The translations under genes were made by a program, and so were the position numbers. Below are positions 1-8,356 of a DNA stretch of 46,674 nt, piece after piece (position 1 is the stretch's first letter; every line of letters starts with the position of its first letter). The notes under the pieces are model-generated. The model was not told the DNA's origin, searched no databases, and saw only the letters and a program-made list of their open reading frames with translations. Source of the DNA: Vulcanimicrobiales bacterium (GTDB taxonomy: Bacteria > Vulcanimicrobiota > Vulcanimicrobiia > Vulcanimicrobiales > Vulcanimicrobiaceae); NCBI GenBank assembly GCA_038215615.1, contig JBBQQR010000016.1, positions 1-46,674 on the forward strand, given 5' to 3'.

Positions 1-1308
1 CGGCTCGCTTTTGAAACCGAGCCCGTCGAGCCGTTCGGTAATCTCTTGCGGCTGCAGGTCGTATCCCAAAAGACGTTTGACGTCGGAGCTTTTGAAATCG
101 ATCGGTGACGCTTCGCCAAGCGGCTGGCCGAAAGCCGCGGGTTCATGTGGCGTGGCGCCGGCTTGCACGAGCAGCTGCGCGGCGCGCGCGGCGCCCACGG
201 TCGTGAGCGCGGGCGCCAGCGATTTCTCATGCCGCGAACTCGCCTGGGTGCGAAAACCGAGCTGGCCGGCCGTCCGTCGGATGCGCGCCCCGCTGAAGTT
301 GGCCGATTCGAGGATCAGCTCGGACGTTTCTTCCGTAACTTCGCTGCTGCGCGCGCCCATTAAGCCGGCCAAACACTCCGCCGATGTTTCACTTGCGATC
401 ACCAGCGCTTGCGGGCTCAGTTTGTGCTCCGCGCCGTCGAGTGCAACGAAGCGTTCGCCTTCGCTCGCGTCGCGGACGATCAGGTGATGATTGGGTATCT
501 TGCTCGCATCGTAAAAGTGCAGCGGCTGCGCCGTTTCGAGCATGACGTAGTTCGAGATATCGACGAGCCGGTTGATCGGCCGCTGACCGGCGAGCGCGAG
601 CCGGATGCGCATCCAGGCCGGGGACGGTCCGCCCTGGACTCCGGTGAAAATCTGCGATACGAACCGGCGGCAATCCGGCGATTCGATGGTGACTTCGGCT
701 TTTGGTCCGCCCGCGCCGTCGCCGGGATTTGAAAAATCCGGCGCGCGCAACGGCACGTTTTGATAAGCCGCCAACTCGCGCGCCAGCCCGATCAGCGACA
801 TCGCGTCGACGCGGTTGCTGGTGATTTCGACGTCGAGCACGGCTTCGCTCAAGCGGAAGTATTCGACGACGTCGGTTCCCGGCTGCAGCGACCCTTCGAA
901 CTGCATGATGCCGTCTTCGAACCACTCTTCCGGAAGCGCGAGCTCGCCGGCGGAGATCATCATGCCTTCCGATTCGAGGCCGCGCATCTTGCGGCGCTCG
1001 ATCGTCAGCTTCGGCAGGCGCGCTCCAATCGTGGCGACTGCGATGGTTTGGCCGGCAGCCACGTTGGTCGCTGCGGTTGCAATGGTGAGCGGGGCTGCGC
1101 CGCCGATGTCAATGCGCCCAACTTGCAAGCGATCGGCATTGGGATGCTTACCGAGCTCTGCGATGCGCCCGGCGATAACACCGGTGATGATCGGACGCGT
1201 TTCGATCGCCGCGACCGGAAAGCCGAGCAGCGCCAGCATCTCTGCGACCGCGCCTGGAGCGGCCGGCAGCTCGACATAGTCGCGGAGCCAGCCTAAAGGA
1301 ACGAGCAT
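1..1308 (-). CDS. pheT: Phenylalanine--tRNA ligase beta subunit (3' end beyond window edge)
   Basis: Manual translation from ATG 1308 (TAATG overlap with the pheS stop): MLVPLGWLRDYV...KHPNADRLQV...KMRGLESEGMMIS..EL..LDVEITSNRVDAMSLIGLARELAA. Absent from the ORF track because no stop lies in the window. Confidence 0.96.
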   Translation of the reverse strand, partial: MLVPLGWLRDYVELPAAPGAVAEMLALLGFPVAAIETRPIITGVIAGRIAELGKHPNADRLQVGRIDIGGAAPLTIATAATNVAAGQTIAVATIGARLPKLTIERRKMRGLESEGMMISAGELALPEEWFEDGIMQFEGSLQPGTDVVEYFRLSEAVLDVEITSNRVDAMSLIGLARELAAYQNVPLRAPDFSNPGDGAGGPKAEVTIESPDCRRFVSQIFTGVQGGPSPAWMRIRLALAGQRPINRLVDISNYVMLETAQPLHFYDASKIPNHHLIVRDASEGERFVALDGAEHKLSPQALVIASETSAECLAGLMGARSSEVTEETSELILESANFSGARIRRTAGQLGFRTQASSRHEKSLAPALTTVGAARAAQLLVQAGATPHEPAAFGQPLGEASPIDFKSSDVKRLLGYDLQPQEITERLDGLGFKSEP

Positions 1309-2339
1309 TAGGCCAGCTGTTCCAAAAACGCGTCATCGTTTTCAAAAAAGCGGCGAATGTCATCCACGTCGTAGCGCACGAGCGCCATGCGCTCGACGCC
1401 GAAGCCGAACGCCCAGCCGGAGTAAACGTCGGGATCGTAGTCGACGTTGCGTAAAACGTTCGGATGCACCATGCCGGCGCCGCCCAATTCGATCCAGCCC
1501 GAACCGCCGCACATGCGGCACTCGCCGCCGGCTCCACGGCAGAGCGGGCACGTCGTATCGACCTCCGCGCTGGGCTCGGTGAACGGAAAGTACGACGGGC
1601 GGAAACGCACTTGCTGTTCGGATCCGAAAATCTCGCGGCACATGCCGGTGAGCATGCCTTTGAGATGTCCCATGTGCACGCCCTCGTCGATCAGCAGGCC
1701 TTCGCACTGATTGAATTGGTAGAGATGGCGCGCGTCAACCGCATCGCGGCGGTAACACGTGCCCGGCACGACCACGGCGACGGGCGGACGGTGCTGCTGC
1801 ATCGTGCGGATCTGCATCGGTGAGGTGTGCGGCCTTAACAAGAGATTCGGCGTGAGAAAGAACGAGTCGAATCCTTCGCGTGCCGGATGATCCGGCGGGA
1901 TATTGAGGGCGTCGAAATTGTAGTAATCGGGCTCGATCTCCGGTCCAACCACGACGGCAAAGCCGTGCCGTTCGAAATAGGAGCAGACATCGTGCATGAC
2001 GCGCTTCATCGGATGAATCGAACCTTGCTGGGGCGGTATCGAAGGAAACGTGACGTCGATGCGCTGCGACAAACTCGATCCGACTTCAAGGGCCTGGGCG
2101 TTCGCCTGCGCTTCGCTCAGCGCGTGCTCCATCTGCTCTACCGCTTCGTTGATGCGCTGTCCGGCGGCAGGACGCTCGGCCGGCGGAAGTTTTCCGATCG
2201 ATCTGCGGACGGCGGTGACTTCCCCACTGCGTCCGAGGAATGCGACGCGCACCGCGTCGAGCGAGCCCGCGCCGGCAGAGTTTTTTAGCGCGTCCTGAAA
2301 CCGGGTGCGCAAGTCCTCGAGATTGTCCGCCAAGTTCAT
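1308..2339 (-). CDS. pheS: Phenylalanine--tRNA ligase alpha subunit
   Basis: Motifs NFDALNIPPDHPAR, LLRPHTSPMQ, FRPSYFPFTEPS, GAGMVHPNV, AFGFGVER. Confidence 0.98.
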   Translation of the reverse strand: MNLADNLEDLRTRFQDALKNSAGAGSLDAVRVAFLGRSGEVTAVRRSIGKLPPAERPAAGQRINEAVEQMEHALSEAQANAQALEVGSSLSQRIDVTFPSIPPQQGSIHPMKRVMHDVCSYFERHGFAVVVGPEIEPDYYNFDALNIPPDHPAREGFDSFFLTPNLLLRPHTSPMQIRTMQQHRPPVAVVVPGTCYRRDAVDARHLYQFNQCEGLLIDEGVHMGHLKGMLTGMCREIFGSEQQVRFRPSYFPFTEPSAEVDTTCPLCRGAGGECRMCGGSGWIELGGAGMVHPNVLRNVDYDPDVYSGWAFGFGVERMALVRYDVDDIRRFFENDDAFLEQLA

Positions 2340-2341
2340 AT

Positions 2342-2374
2342 AAAATAAAAACGCCCGGGGTTACTTTCCGGGCG
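2342..2374 (-). terminator. Intrinsic terminator immediately upstream of the pheS ATG
   Basis: Minus strand CGCCCGG-aaagtaacc-CCGGGCG followed by TTTTTATTTT, ending 2 nt before the pheS ATG. Confidence 0.75.
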
Positions 2375-2401
2375 CTTTGGAGTCCGCCTTTTCGTATGTT
2401 C

Positions 2402-2503
2402 TCAGGTTGGAACCGACGTCGGGTGGAGCTGCCGGTAAATCAAATATGCGTTGATCGATCCCGTTGACTTGAAGAGTTTCCAGAAGAACTCGGACGTGGC
2501 CAT
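2402..2503 (-). CDS. 33-aa small protein, YqzL-like / possible Phe-rich leader peptide
   Basis: SD AAGGAG, then ATG at 2503: MATSEFFWKLFKSTGSINAYLIYRQLHPTSVPT*. The W-x-x-F-x-x-TG-x-I-x-x-YL pattern resembles the YqzL family (from memory). Confidence 0.75.
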   Translation of the reverse strand: MATSEFFWKLFKSTGSINAYLIYRQLHPTSVPT

Positions 2504-2553
2504 CGGTCTCCTTCTGGGCGGGCCTACAGGCCCGGCCCCCATGCGGTGCAAGC

Positions 2554-2562
2554 AGTATAGCA
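2554..2562 (-). promoter_or_regulatory. Extended -10 promoter (TG-C-TATACT) for the small ORF/pheST
   Basis: Minus strand TGCTATACT about 50 nt upstream of the small ORF start, followed by a GC hairpin (2516-2540) and the SD. Confidence 0.55.
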
Positions 2563-2584
2563 CGCGACTTTTCCACAGGGTAGT

Positions 2585-2626
2585 CTTGACTTTTTGGCCT
2601 GTCTAGACTCTCTTGACAGACTTGAC
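2585..2626. repeat. CT(T/A)GAC hexamers in 9-bp register
   Basis: CTTGAC at 2585, CTAGAC at 2603, CTTGAC at 2612 and 2621. Confidence 0.5.
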
Positions 2627-2636
2627 AGCCTCCGGT

Positions 2637-3407
2637 TCAGGGGTCCCCTTGGACTCGCTTCGAGGCTTCATACAGGGCGATTCCGCCCGCCACCGCGGCG
2701 TTCAAACTCTCGGCCTCGCCCTTCATCGGAATGGCTGCGAGCCGCGAACAGAGGGCGGTCCAGGGCCCTAATCCCCTGCGCTCTTGACCCACAACCAGGA
2801 CGCTCTTCGGAGCCCAGGATAGCCCCTCAATCGGCAGGCCTCCCGAGGCCAGTCCGGTTATTTCCCAGCCCTGCGCTGCCGAAGCGGCTTCTTGCGGACC
2901 GGCCACCGCCAGCTTCAGGCGGAAAAGCGCACCCATCGCGCTGCGAACCACTTTGGGAGAGTGAGGCTCGACTGCCCCGGACCCGAAAACGACGGCGGGG
3001 ACACCGAACGCGTCGGCGGCACGCAACAGAGTCCCGGCATTACCCGGATCGCTCAATCCGGCCAGCACCAAGACCAACCCGGGCCCCGAAAAAAGCTCGG
3101 AGACCGGGAGCAGCTCGATCGGAACGACGGCCAGCATGCCGGGCGCGGTTTCGAGATCGGAGAGCCGCTGCATCGTGCGCTCGTCGACGCGGTAGACCTG
3201 CGCCCCGCTCGACTCCGCTTGGCGCGCAGCCTCCGATGATTCGAGTGCCGCAGCCGTGCCGTACAGCTCCTCGATCGAGATCCCGCTGCGCAGCGCTTCC
3301 CGCAAGAGGGTCTCCCCCTCGATGGAAAAGCGTCCGTGCTCGCGGCGGCCTTTTTTTGTGCGCAGCTCGCGAACGCGATCGAGCCGCGGATTATGGGCGC
3401 CGAGCAT
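2637..3407 (-). CDS. TrmH/SpoU family RNA methyltransferase
   Basis: DPGNAGTLLRAADAFG, VVRSAMGA, GQERRGL, IPMKGEAESLNAAVA. Confidence 0.93.
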   Translation of the reverse strand: MLGAHNPRLDRVRELRTKKGRREHGRFSIEGETLLREALRSGISIEELYGTAAALESSEAARQAESSGAQVYRVDERTMQRLSDLETAPGMLAVVPIELLPVSELFSGPGLVLVLAGLSDPGNAGTLLRAADAFGVPAVVFGSGAVEPHSPKVVRSAMGALFRLKLAVAGPQEAASAAQGWEITGLASGGLPIEGLSWAPKSVLVVGQERRGLGPWTALCSRLAAIPMKGEAESLNAAVAGGIALYEASKRVQGDP

Positions 3408-3600
3408 TGCTTCCCAAGAGCTTTGCGCGCAGCGCGATCGTCACGACGCCCGCGAGTATTCCCGCAAGCGATATGGCGATGCGATCGTTAAAATGGTGGG
3501 AGCTCGCATAGGTCAGCAGCAGCGCGGCCGCGGCGGCGAAGATTCCGAGAAAGGCGAGCAGCCACAGCAGCTCTTGTCCGATCGTCGTTTGACGGCGCAC
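3391..3600 (-). CDS. Small two-TM membrane protein (start uncertain; GTG 3600 chosen)
   Basis: Two hydrophobic segments; stop overlaps the TrmH start; the longer start at 3675 would overlap the NUDIX gene. Confidence 0.6.
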   Translation of the reverse strand: MRRQTTIGQELLWLLAFLGIFAAAAALLLTYASSHHFNDRIAISLAGILAGVVTIALRAKLLGSNARRP

Positions 3601-3659
3601 GCTGGTCTCTACGAGGAGCGCTCGAAGTATCCCGTCCTTGGGTATGGAACTCCGGGGCA

Positions 3660-4196
3660 ATGTCGCATGACGCACCGAGGGTCATAGGCTCGAAAGACAT
3701 CTACGCCGGGCGGATCGTGCGGGTGCGCATCGACACAATCGAAGAAGAGGGGAAGCGCCGCGACGTCGAGCTCGTCGTCCATCCCGGTTCGTTTGCTATT
3801 GCCGCCCTGCCGGCCGCCGACCGGATCGTACTCATCCGCCAATACCGCCATCCCGCCGGGCGCAGTTTATGGGAAATCCCCGCGGGCACCGCCGAGCCGG
3901 GCGAGCCGCCGGAGGACGGCGCGAAACGCGAGCTCCGTGAAGAGACCGGCTGCTTGGCTGACAACTGGGAACTGTTGTCGGCCCTCTATCCAACGCCGGG
4001 TTTTTGCACCGAATGCGTACGTATGTATGTCGCGCGCGGATTGCATACGGGGCCTCAGCAACTTCAGGAGGATGAACGCATCGAGGTGCGGCACGTATCG
4101 TTTCAAGACGCTTGGGGAATGCAAGCAAGCGGCGAGATCGTCGACATGAAAACGATGGTAGCGCTTCTTTGGTTGGATCCCAGGCGGAGTAAATAA
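3660..4196 (+). CDS. NUDIX hydrolase, ADP-ribose pyrophosphatase-like
   Basis: Nudix box GTAEPGEPPEDGAKRELREETG; QYRHP; PTPGF; D-x-KT. Confidence 0.9.
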   Translation: MSHDAPRVIGSKDIYAGRIVRVRIDTIEEEGKRRDVELVVHPGSFAIAALPAADRIVLIRQYRHPAGRSLWEIPAGTAEPGEPPEDGAKRELREETGCLADNWELLSALYPTPGFCTECVRMYVARGLHTGPQQLQEDERIEVRHVSFQDAWGMQASGEIVDMKTMVALLWLDPRRSK

Positions 4197-4285
4197 TTTT
4201 CGTCAAGAGTCGATAACCTAGCTACAAATCCTCCGCCGGATGCGCTTTAATAGAGGCGGCGGGTTCGCGTTATGGGAGGCTGGCG

Positions 4286-4564
4286 GTGAATACTCCACGG
4301 GACCTTAACGACGTCCTCAAATATCTTTTAAGCGATGGCAAGCAAGAACACATCGCGAATTCCGTATTGGCAGCCGACGATGAAGCGTATCTCAGCAAAC
4401 TCGTCGCAGCCGTACGCGCCGGAAAGCGCGCAGTGCTCATCGTTGAAGACTCCGACGACAAACTCAAGTATATGTTCAGCAACGCCTCGCGCGCGGAGGC
4501 GGTGAGTATGCTCGGCAAGGTTATTGAGGCCACCGGACGCCGATTAGCTAACGGCGACGATTAA
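4286..4564 (+). CDS. Hypothetical 92-aa protein
   Basis: SD GGGAGG 6 nt before GTG; protein-like composition; ends at a bidirectional terminator. Confidence 0.75.
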   Translation: MNTPRDLNDVLKYLLSDGKQEHIANSVLAADDEAYLSKLVAAVRAGKRAVLIVEDSDDKLKYMFSNASRAEAVSMLGKVIEATGRRLANGDD

Positions 4565-4597
4565 AAGAAACGAGGGCTTCCGCCCTCGTTTTTATTT
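4564..4597. terminator. Bidirectional intrinsic terminator
   Basis: AAACGAGGG-cttccg-CCCTCGTTT flanked by A and T tracts between convergent genes. Confidence 0.85.
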
Positions 4598-4948
4598 CAC
4601 CGCGTTCTTGGCCGTTTTCAGCAGCGACCCGAAGGCGGCCGCATCGGAGACCGCCAGCTCCGCTAGCGTTTTGCGGTTGAGCGTGATGCCCGACTTCTTC
4701 AAACCGTTCATGAAGACCGAGTAGCTCAAGCCTTCCTTGCGCGCGGCCGCGTTGATGCGGCTGATCCACAAAGATCGGAAGTCGCGCTTGCGCACGCGCC
4801 GGTCACGGTACGCGTAGGCTAGCGAGTGAAGCAGCGCTTCGTTCGCGACGCGGTAATTGCGCCGGCGGGCAGCGCGGAAGCCCTTGACGAGCTTCATGAC
4901 TTTACGGCGGTGTTTGAGTCCGTGGACGCCGCGTTTTACTCGTGCCAT
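4592..4948 (-). CDS. rplT: 50S ribosomal protein L20
   Basis: MARVKRG...YAYRDRRVRKRDFRSLWISRINAAAR. Confidence 0.98.
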   Translation of the reverse strand: MARVKRGVHGLKHRRKVMKLVKGFRAARRRNYRVANEALLHSLAYAYRDRRVRKRDFRSLWISRINAAARKEGLSYSVFMNGLKKSGITLNRKTLAELAVSDAAAFGSLLKTAKNAVK

Positions 4949-4958
4949 GCCGAGCTCC

Positions 4959-5165
4959 TTACAGCAGGTAGGGGATCGTCGGCGCCAAGCGCTTCAGATC
5001 TCCGGGAAAGACCGGCTGATCTTTACGGAACTTGCGTTTGCGCTTGCGCGTACGCTTGCTCATGATGTGGCCGCAGCCGCTGAATTGATGACGGTGCGTC
5101 ACCTTTCCGTTGGCGCTGACCTTTACGCGTTTGGCTGTACCGCGGTGGGTACGAATCTTAGGCAC
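4959..5165 (-). CDS. rpmI: 50S ribosomal protein L35
   Basis: MPKIRTHRGTAKRVKVSANGK; lies between infC and rplT. Confidence 0.96.
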   Translation of the reverse strand: MPKIRTHRGTAKRVKVSANGKVTHRHQFSGCGHIMSKRTRKRKRKFRKDQPVFPGDLKRLAPTIPYLL

Positions 5166-5730
5166 TTTTCTTCTCCTTGTCCTTGGCAGCCATGCTGGTG
5201 AACTTCGGCGGACCGGTAGGCACCGAGCGGGGCGCCAGGATCATGAACATATTTTTTCCTTCGAGTTTCGCGTCGCGTTCGATCGTGGCGATTGGAGTCA
5301 TGTCTTCAGCCATCCGATCCAGCAGGCGCTTTCCGAAGGACGTGTAGGTTATCTCTCGTCCGCGAAACATGATCGTGACTTTGATCTTGCTGCCGTCGAG
5401 CAGCAGACGTTCGGCCATCCGGGCCTTGGTCTCGTAATCGTGCGTCTCGATCTTGGGCCGGAGCTTCACTTCTTTGAGCTCGAAGTTTTTTTGTTTCTTG
5501 CGGGCGTCTTTGTCTTTTTTTGACTGCTCGTACTTCAAACGTCCGTAGTCGGCGATCTTGCACACCGGCGGCGATGCCGTCGGTGACACCTCGATGAGGT
5601 CGAGCCCGGCGGCGCGAGCCCGCGCGAGTGCGTCCTCCGTGAAAAGGACTCCAAGTTGCGCTCCGTCGTCGTCGATCACGCGCACCTGGCGGATGCGGAT
5701 TTGGTCGTTTATTCTGAGCGGTCGAGCTAT
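5158..5730 (-). CDS. infC: Translation initiation factor IF-3 (ATA start codon)
   Basis: SD AGGAG, 7 nt, then ATA GCT CGA CCG CTC AGA ATA AAC GAC CAA ATC in frame with the 5158..5685 ORF; PPVCKIADYG, KEVKLRP, FRGRE. Confidence 0.95.
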   Translation of the reverse strand: MARPLRINDQIRIRQVRVIDDDGAQLGVLFTEDALARARAAGLDLIEVSPTASPPVCKIADYGRLKYEQSKKDKDARKKQKNFELKEVKLRPKIETHDYETKARMAERLLLDGSKIKVTIMFRGREITYTSFGKRLLDRMAEDMTPIATIERDAKLEGKNMFMILAPRSVPTGPPKFTSMAAKDKEKKSA

Positions 5731-5744
5731 GGCATTACTCCTGT

Positions 5745-5870
5745 TTGAAAATAAAAAAGGGCACCGCCAAATTGGTGACCCCCATCATGCGAAACCGGCC
5801 GGCGGCTCCTCGATGAAGACCGGATCGCCCGAGGGCATCCGGTGAGGGCTTGGGGCCCCACTTCGGCTTA
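5745..5870 (-). ncRNA. Probable L20 ribosomal-protein leader with terminator hairpin
   Basis: 5' UTR of infC-rpmI-rplT starting TAAGCCGAAG...CCCTCACC (similar to the Firmicutes L20 leader, from memory) and ending in hairpin GGTCACC/GGTGCC plus TTTTTT (5753-5782). Confidence 0.6.
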
Positions 5871-5873
5871 CGG

Positions 5874-5904
5874 AGCATACCATAAAAGGCCGGGGGAGCG
5901 TCAA
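5874..5904 (-). promoter_or_regulatory. Sigma70-type promoter for the infC operon
   Basis: TTGACG (5899-5904), 19 nt, TATGCT (5874-5879) preceded by an extended -10 TG. Confidence 0.55.
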
Positions 5905-5914
5905 GGCGCAGCCG

Positions 5915-6220
5915 CTAGCCGGCCGCCTGCTCCTCGGCCAGAACTCTCCCGGTCTTCGGATCGACCTTGCGCGTGAGCTTATCTTCGGTGCGTGCGACGA
6001 TCACGCCGACCTCGTCGCGGATCGAGGTGTAATGCGGATTGGGCGCATTCGAGGGCCGCGGCTCGACCTGCCAGAGCACGTCGCCTTGCTCGCTCACGCC
6101 GAAGAGGTTCTGCGGATAGACTTGGTCGGGCGGGACGTTGAGCAGCGGTATTACTTAGGCGTGACACGCTACCGTCGCGATCCGGAAGACAACGAGCTGC
6201 TGCACCAGTGGTCGATGCAT
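5915..6220 (-). pseudogene. Small hypothetical protein, apparently interrupted by an in-frame TAA at 6155-6157
   Basis: ATG 6220 is in frame with the 5915..6097 ORF; protein-like text VIPLLNVPPDQVYPQNLFGV continues upstream of the called GTG but hits a stop. Confidence 0.4.
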
Positions 6221-6238
6221 TCAGGCTCAAGCAGTCGT

Positions 6239-7450
6239 TTAAAGAGCTGCCTTAAGTGCGCTGTCCATCGCCGTCACCAAAAGATCGATCTCGGCATCTT
6301 CGATCACCAGGGGCGGGGCGATACGCAGCACATTTTCGTGCGTGTCTTTCGCGACGACGCCGCGCTCCATCAGCAGTTCGGCTAAGCGCCGCGCGGGCAG
6401 GGTGAGCTGGAGACCGATCAGTAATCCGCGTCCGCGCACCTCTGCGATTGCCGGTGATGCCAGTTCGCGCAATCCCCGCATCAGCCGCGCTCCCGCGTAG
6501 CGGGCGCGGGCGGGGAGATTCTCGCTTTCAATCACGTCGAGCGAAGCCAAACCGACGGCGCATGCCAAGGGATTTCCGCCGAACGTGCTGCCGTGATCGC
6601 CCGGGCCGAAGAGTTGCATGAGGTCGCGGCTTGCAAGCATCGCGGAAACCGGATAGTATCCCCCGCCAAGTGCTTTTCCGACGATCATGACATCGGGTTT
6701 GATTCCATCGTGATCGCATGCGAAGCGATCGCCCGTGCGGCCGAGCCCGGTCTGAATTTCGTCGGCCATGAACAGGACGCGATGTTCGCGGCACAGCCCC
6801 CAGGCGCGTTTCAAGAAATCGGGCGGAGGAACGATCACGCCGCCCTCGCCTTGGATCGGTTCGACCAGAATCGCGCACGTGCGTTCGTTGACCGCCGCCT
6901 CCAACGCGCCGAAGTCACCGTACGGAACGGCCACGAATCCGGGCGTGAAGGGTCCAAAATCGTGGCGGTATTGTTCGGTCGTGCTCGCGCTAATCGCAGC
7001 GGTGGTGCGTCCGTGAAAATTATTGGCGAAGACGATGATTTCGGCACTGTCTGGTGCGACGCGCTTGCGTTCGTATGCGTAACGCCGTGCCAGCTTGATG
7101 GCGGTCTCCACAGCCTCGACGCCGGTGTTCATCGGCAGCGCGGATTCGTATCCGCAGAACTCCGTCAGCCGTTTGAGAAAGGGTCCCAAGCGATCGTTGC
7201 GCATCGCGCGTGACGTCAGCGTAACTTTCTTGGCCTGCTCTTCGAAGGCGGCGCGAATGCGCGGGTGGCAATGTCCTTGGTTGACGGCCGAATATGCGCT
7301 TACGCAATCGAGATAACGTTTTCCGGCGCCGTCGTAGAGCCACACGCCTTCCGCCCGCTCCACGACGAGATCGAGCGGTTGGTAATTGTGGGCGCCGTAG
7401 CGTTCTTCGAGTTCGATGAAAGCCGCAGCGTTGCGATCTACGTCGTGCAT
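6239..7450 (-). CDS. rocD: Ornithine aminotransferase (class III PLP)
   Basis: YGAHNYQPL, SAYSAVNQGHCHP, EPIQGEGG, DEIQTGLGRTG, GKALGGG, HGSTFGGNPLA. Confidence 0.93.
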   Translation of the reverse strand: MHDVDRNAAAFIELEERYGAHNYQPLDLVVERAEGVWLYDGAGKRYLDCVSAYSAVNQGHCHPRIRAAFEEQAKKVTLTSRAMRNDRLGPFLKRLTEFCGYESALPMNTGVEAVETAIKLARRYAYERKRVAPDSAEIIVFANNFHGRTTAAISASTTEQYRHDFGPFTPGFVAVPYGDFGALEAAVNERTCAILVEPIQGEGGVIVPPPDFLKRAWGLCREHRVLFMADEIQTGLGRTGDRFACDHDGIKPDVMIVGKALGGGYYPVSAMLASRDLMQLFGPGDHGSTFGGNPLACAVGLASLDVIESENLPARARYAGARLMRGLRELASPAIAEVRGRGLLIGLQLTLPARRLAELLMERGVVAKDTHENVLRIAPPLVIEDAEIDLLVTAMDSALKAAL

Positions 7451-7498
7451 TGTAGGAATGCGGTTCCGTCCGCTTTAAGAGCGTTCCCTCTTTCTTTC

Positions 7499-8356
7499 AT
7501 GAATGATGCAGCGTATGCGGCCGCGCAAGAGGGAATCGCGCGTTTTCGTTCTCGCGACGGCGCCAAAATCGGCGAGCTGGGGCGTTCGCTCGTGTTCGAT
7601 CACGGCCGCCGCACGCACCGCGCGATCGTGTTATTTCACGGGCTTAGCGCGAGTCCGCCGCAACTGATTGGGATCGCGAGCGCGCTTCACAAACGCGGTC
7701 ACAACGTATTCGTACCGCGCCTTCCGCAGCATGGGCGGGAAGACCGAATGTCGCGCGCGCTCGGCGGCATGACGGCCGAACAGTTAAAAGCCTGCTTGCG
7801 CGACTCGCTCGAAGTCGCCCGCGGTTTGGGTGAAGAGGTCAGCGTTGCCGGTTTTTCCTTGGGCGGTTTGCTGGCCGCATGCGCGGGGCAAGTCGAGTCT
7901 CTGCACAAAGCCGTCGCGATCGTTCCCTTCCTGGGTTTCATTTGGATGCCGACGCGCTTGAGCGAATTTGCATCGCGAATGGCCCTCCATTTCCCGAACC
8001 GGTTCTTCTGGTGGGATCCGTGGCTGCGCGAGAAGCAACTGCCCGCGCACGGTTATCCGCGATACTCAACGCACGCTCTCGCGGAAGGCCTAAAACTTGC
8101 GAACGAATTGATGGATGCGGCGCGCGCCGGCGCGCCCGCCGCAACAGAACTGATCGTGGCGATAAACGTTCGGGAACCCGCCGTAAGCAACCGCGCGGCC
8201 GTCAAGCTCGCGGATCTTTGGAAGGCGCACGGCGCGAACGTGCGCGTCGAGCGGTTTCGCGATTTGCCGTTCGCGCACGACGTGATCGAACCCAAGCGCT
8301 ACCCCGATATCGCGCTGCGCCTACAACCGCGCCTGGTGGACTTGATAGATGGCTGA
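7499..8356 (+). CDS. Alpha/beta hydrolase (esterase-like)
   Basis: LFHGLS, nucleophile elbow GFSLGG, C-terminal HD; start set at ATG 7499 to avoid overlap with rocD. Confidence 0.8.
   Translation: MNDAAYAAAQEGIARFRSRDGAKIGELGRSLVFDHGRRTHRAIVLFHGLSASPPQLIGIASALHKRGHNVFVPRLPQHGREDRMSRALGGMTAEQLKACLRDSLEVARGLGEEVSVAGFSLGGLLAACAGQVESLHKAVAIVPFLGFIWMPTRLSEFASRMALHFPNRFFWWDPWLREKQLPAHGYPRYSTHALAEGLKLANELMDAARAGAPAATELIVAINVREPAVSNRAAVKLADLWKAHGANVRVERFRDLPFAHDVIEPKRYPDIALRLQPRLVDLIDG

Noticed and set aside
1495..1555. CxxC...CxxC segment in PheS
   Set aside because: A common insertion in many bacterial PheS proteins; not related to the repeat family
2361..2576. 71-aa ORF from the track
   Set aside because: No SD, runs through the promoter and terminator; the 33-aa frame has a strong SD and a family-like motif
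2340..2640. Possible T-box riboswitch before pheS
   Set aside because: No T-box consensus (GGTGGTACC-like) or specifier stem visible; the space is occupied by a small ORF
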